A stretch of DNA of 64,000 nt from Pocillopora damicornis (lineage: Eukaryota). Positions 61,901-64,000 of this stretch are shown in pieces. Position 1 is the stretch's first letter; each line of letters opens with the position of its first letter. A model generated the notes under the pieces. The model searched no databases, was not told the DNA's origin, and saw only the letters and a program-made list of their open reading frames with translations. The DNA lies in NCBI RefSeq assembly GCF_003704095.1, contig NW_020843990.1, forward strand, positions 1 to 64,000, read 5' to 3'. A program made the position numbers and the translations under genes.

Positions 61901-63976
61901 TTCCATCAACTGCACACAATGGCATCAAACAGCCATTTGCAGAGAAATGTCTAGTTAATGTCAAGGTCAGAGGACACAAAGTTAACTCAACTTGAAATCT
62001 GTAACATAGGCCATGGATACTTCAGATTTTAACAATCTTCTCCTGCATACAGCCAAACCTCTTGATTCAGGAATTTTTATAATGATGGGAGGGGGGTTGA
62101 GCTTTGACTCAGAAAATAAAGATTCTTTTTCTCTTATAAAAAGGCCTCAAAAAAAGTAAACAAATATTCAAGACAATTAAATTTCAAACAATTCTTGTTG
62201 AATATTAAGTGAACATGACATTTGGTTGTTACTAGAGTTTTGGTTTCAGACAAGAAGTAAGCACATAAAATAGGAGGGGGATCTGAAACCTCATGAAGCT
62301 CCCCCTTGTTGCATCACCATAACCATTCAACCTCTTCCAGTTTTCTGCAGACTTCGAGTTTCAAAAGGATACTTAATCTTATTATTTCCATGATCATACT
62401 TAGAGATCATAACAGTACATGCTCCACAGCCACCTTCACCACATCCAAGCTTGCTACCTGTCAAACCCACTGATTACCTTTGTAAGGAATATGAGATATA
62501 TCTTCCCTTGTACACATATTTCTTGAGCAAAATGGAACAGAAAATAAAAATCGTCTCAGGTTTATTCAAAATATTCACTTTGCGTTCAGCAAATAGTTGT
62601 TGAATACTACTCAGTTGAATAGTGCTTTTTTTCCTGCATGTTGATTGGCTACCTTGAAGACAATATCTTGAGGCAAGTATAATTCTCCTTCGAGCTGCCA
62701 AAGAGCATGAAAATTAACATAGTAGGAAATAATTGTTTTGTTAAATATTGTATCATCCCACAATCATATCCTAAGCTGAAAATCATGATTTCCATCTGCT
62801 GTCAAGCACTATATAAAAAAATTAAACATCCTTTGTTGAAAAAAAAAAAAAGAAATTTGAAAAAGTTTAATCCCTCAGAGATGCTTAAACAAAAAGCATC
62901 TAGAAAATGTGTTTATTTGCATGATAAAAAAAGAGGAATTTGGAATTTGGATTGAGGATTTGCTCATGGCTGATAAGAATCACTTCGTGCTACAAAGATT
63001 AACCAGTTTCATATAAAATCCAACTGAGCATCTGATATTTTTTTTTTTCATTTTGTGAGGTGCGTACTCAAATAATTATTTACTTCATTGTTTCTGTTAA
63101 CCACTTGTCTCCAACAGAACGGTGGATAACTGTTAACTTTGTGGAATTAATTCATAGTGAATTACAAAAAATAAAAATAAAACAGAACATAGCAAAATTC
63201 TGAAAGTCACGTTACTCTGCATATTCATGCATGATTTTATTGAACCAACATGCAAATATTTTCCTTAACCTTTAATCATAAGTTTGTACATTATTCCAGT
63301 GGAAAGAACAAAGAACACCTGTATAGACAGCCACAGACATCTCCTTCGAACACATGTGCGTTCCATGCATTTAAATTTGCCAATCAAATTTTACTCACGT
63401 GCCGATTTTCATAACATATAATGGCCAAAATCGAAACAATGAGCTCTATACGTGTCACTATCAATAGCCAGTCAGTGATTCACATGTTTGCTGATCATAA
63501 TGGATCAAATTACAATTTTCAGTTAACCTCAGGAAGGTCCTAAGGTCAGGAAGGCGTGACATTTGTGCTTAAGACTCACAAAGCATGCACAGCACGTCAA
63601 GTTTACGATCAGTAAGTTTTAGTCAAACCATCTTGAATCATTGAATTGAAAAATCACCCAGATGACTTGCTAATATTTTTGTAAAGCGCCCGTCCACAAA
63701 AATCCAAAAACAGAGGGATCAAAATGTGCATGGTAATGAAAGGATACAATGATTTCGCAGATAACAGAGCAAAGTCATTTCTGGCTGTGCCTTTGCTTCG
63801 ACAACCTGCGATGAATAAAATTAGACTAAAACTTGTAGATATAAACCAGATCAAGGGTGTGTGGCGTGCGTGCATTTGAACTCAAAATCGTGTATCTCTT
63901 CGCAGTCTATACGTGAATAACGTACCTTTCTGCCATTGACAAAGAAGACAATCTCTTCACTGGCTGACGAAGGCAT
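42785..63976 (-). CDS. XDH: Xanthine dehydrogenase/oxidoreductase, apparently complete multi-exon gene
   Basis: Exon 1 [17 protein letters not shown] (63926-63976). 2Fe-2S motifs [18 protein letters not shown] and [14 protein letters not shown] domain [16 protein letters not shown] and RREDDIAIV. Moco domain [21 protein letters not shown] and AVGEPPLFL. Last exon [16 protein letters not shown] (42785-42835). The Glu802/Arg880/Glu1261 equivalents and the FFxGYR Tyr indicate XDH rather than aldehyde oxidase. Confidence 0.96.
43390..43450. repeat. (AGTC)n tetranucleotide microsatellite
   Basis: About 11 perfect agtc units followed by agac units. Confidence 0.9.
43462..43613 (-). mobile_element. 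Penelope-type repeat with a mutated hammerhead motif
   Basis: Paralog of 55922-56076. Minus strand reads GCT-CTGACGA-AGGGCTAGCACTC-GAAATTTC-AGC. Confidence 0.6.
45840..46000. repeat. Minisatellite, ~20-bp unit (gtccgattttagacactaa)
   Basis: About 7-8 degenerate tandem units, followed by (actg)n-like repeats to ~46230. Confidence 0.8.
50564..50926. mobile_element. hAT-like MITE with a nested palindromic MITE (50621-50747)
   Basis: TIRs T(C)GACTACGAGC / GCTCGTAGTCTA and 8-bp TSD AGTCCTAT at 50556-50563 and 50927-50934. Inner element GGATCAATATCAGTATCT...AGATACTAATATTGATCC. Degenerate host-family copy at ~55474-55741. Confidence 0.85.
53595..53722 (-). mobile_element. tRNA-derived SINE
   Basis: A/B-box-like tggaccttatggtcag...ggtctgggttccagacct followed by tgtgttcaagggtaaaatactctactctcacag. 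Related copies at ~39730-39820 and ~58160-58260. Confidence 0.6.
55922..56076 (-). ncRNA. Penelope-like repeat carrying a minimal type I hammerhead ribozyme motif (56041-56074)
   Basis: Minus strand GCT-CTGACGA-AGGGCTAACGCTC-GAAAC-GTC-AGC: CUGANGA and GAAA cores, GGGC/GCUC stem II, palindromic ACGU stem III, GUC triplet and 3-bp stem I. Confidence 0.65.
61951..62372 (-). other. U12-type (minor spliceosome) GT-AG intron 3 of XDH
   Basis: Donor GTATCCTTTT and branch-like ACCTTGAC ~10 nt before AG. The reading frame is restored (KIK|HFSANGCL). Confidence 0.85.
62470..63747 (-). other. U12-type GT-AG intron 2 of XDH
   Basis: Donor GTATCCTTTC and branch-like TTCCTTAC just upstream of CAG, with no polypyrimidine tract. 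The frame is restored (LRNHL|GLTGSKLGC). Confidence 0.85.
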
Positions 63977-64000
63977 CGTGTCTATAAAACTTATATTGGT

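Noticed and set aside
42785-63976. Aldehyde oxidase or a neofunctionalised molybdo-flavoenzyme
   Set aside because: The XDH-diagnostic GGKE Glu, AFRGFG Arg, GEPP Glu and FFTGYR Tyr are all present.

Overview
Animal genomic DNA, AT-rich with spliceosomal introns and N-gaps. The repeat families resemble those of stony corals, possibly Pocilloporidae; this taxon call is inference. (1) 1-28.4 kb: a tandem array of at least 12 full or partial copies of an intronless ~260-aa class I SAM-dependent methyltransferase (Tam/BioC/JHAMT-like). Five copies are intact, one has a C-terminal frameshift, one an in-frame stop, three are fragments and two are cut by gaps; the last two copies are inverted. The array also holds a Mutator element with a PHD finger (long TIRs, 9-bp TSD), a CR1/L2-group LINE, Helitron-like remnants, a 2A-like motif and many MITEs/SINEs. 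(2) 31.4-40.9 kb, minus strand: a multi-exon CEP97-like gene (LRR + IQ + long acidic tail). (3) 42.8-64.0 kb, minus strand: an apparently complete xanthine dehydrogenase gene with two adjacent U12-type introns and intronic minimal hammerhead-ribozyme motifs. The strongest candidate for an undescribed system is the methyltransferase array: its SAM-binding core is nearly invariant while short putative substrate-pocket segments are hypervariable and shuffled between copies, suggesting a diversifying small-molecule (probably carboxyl-) methylation repertoire.
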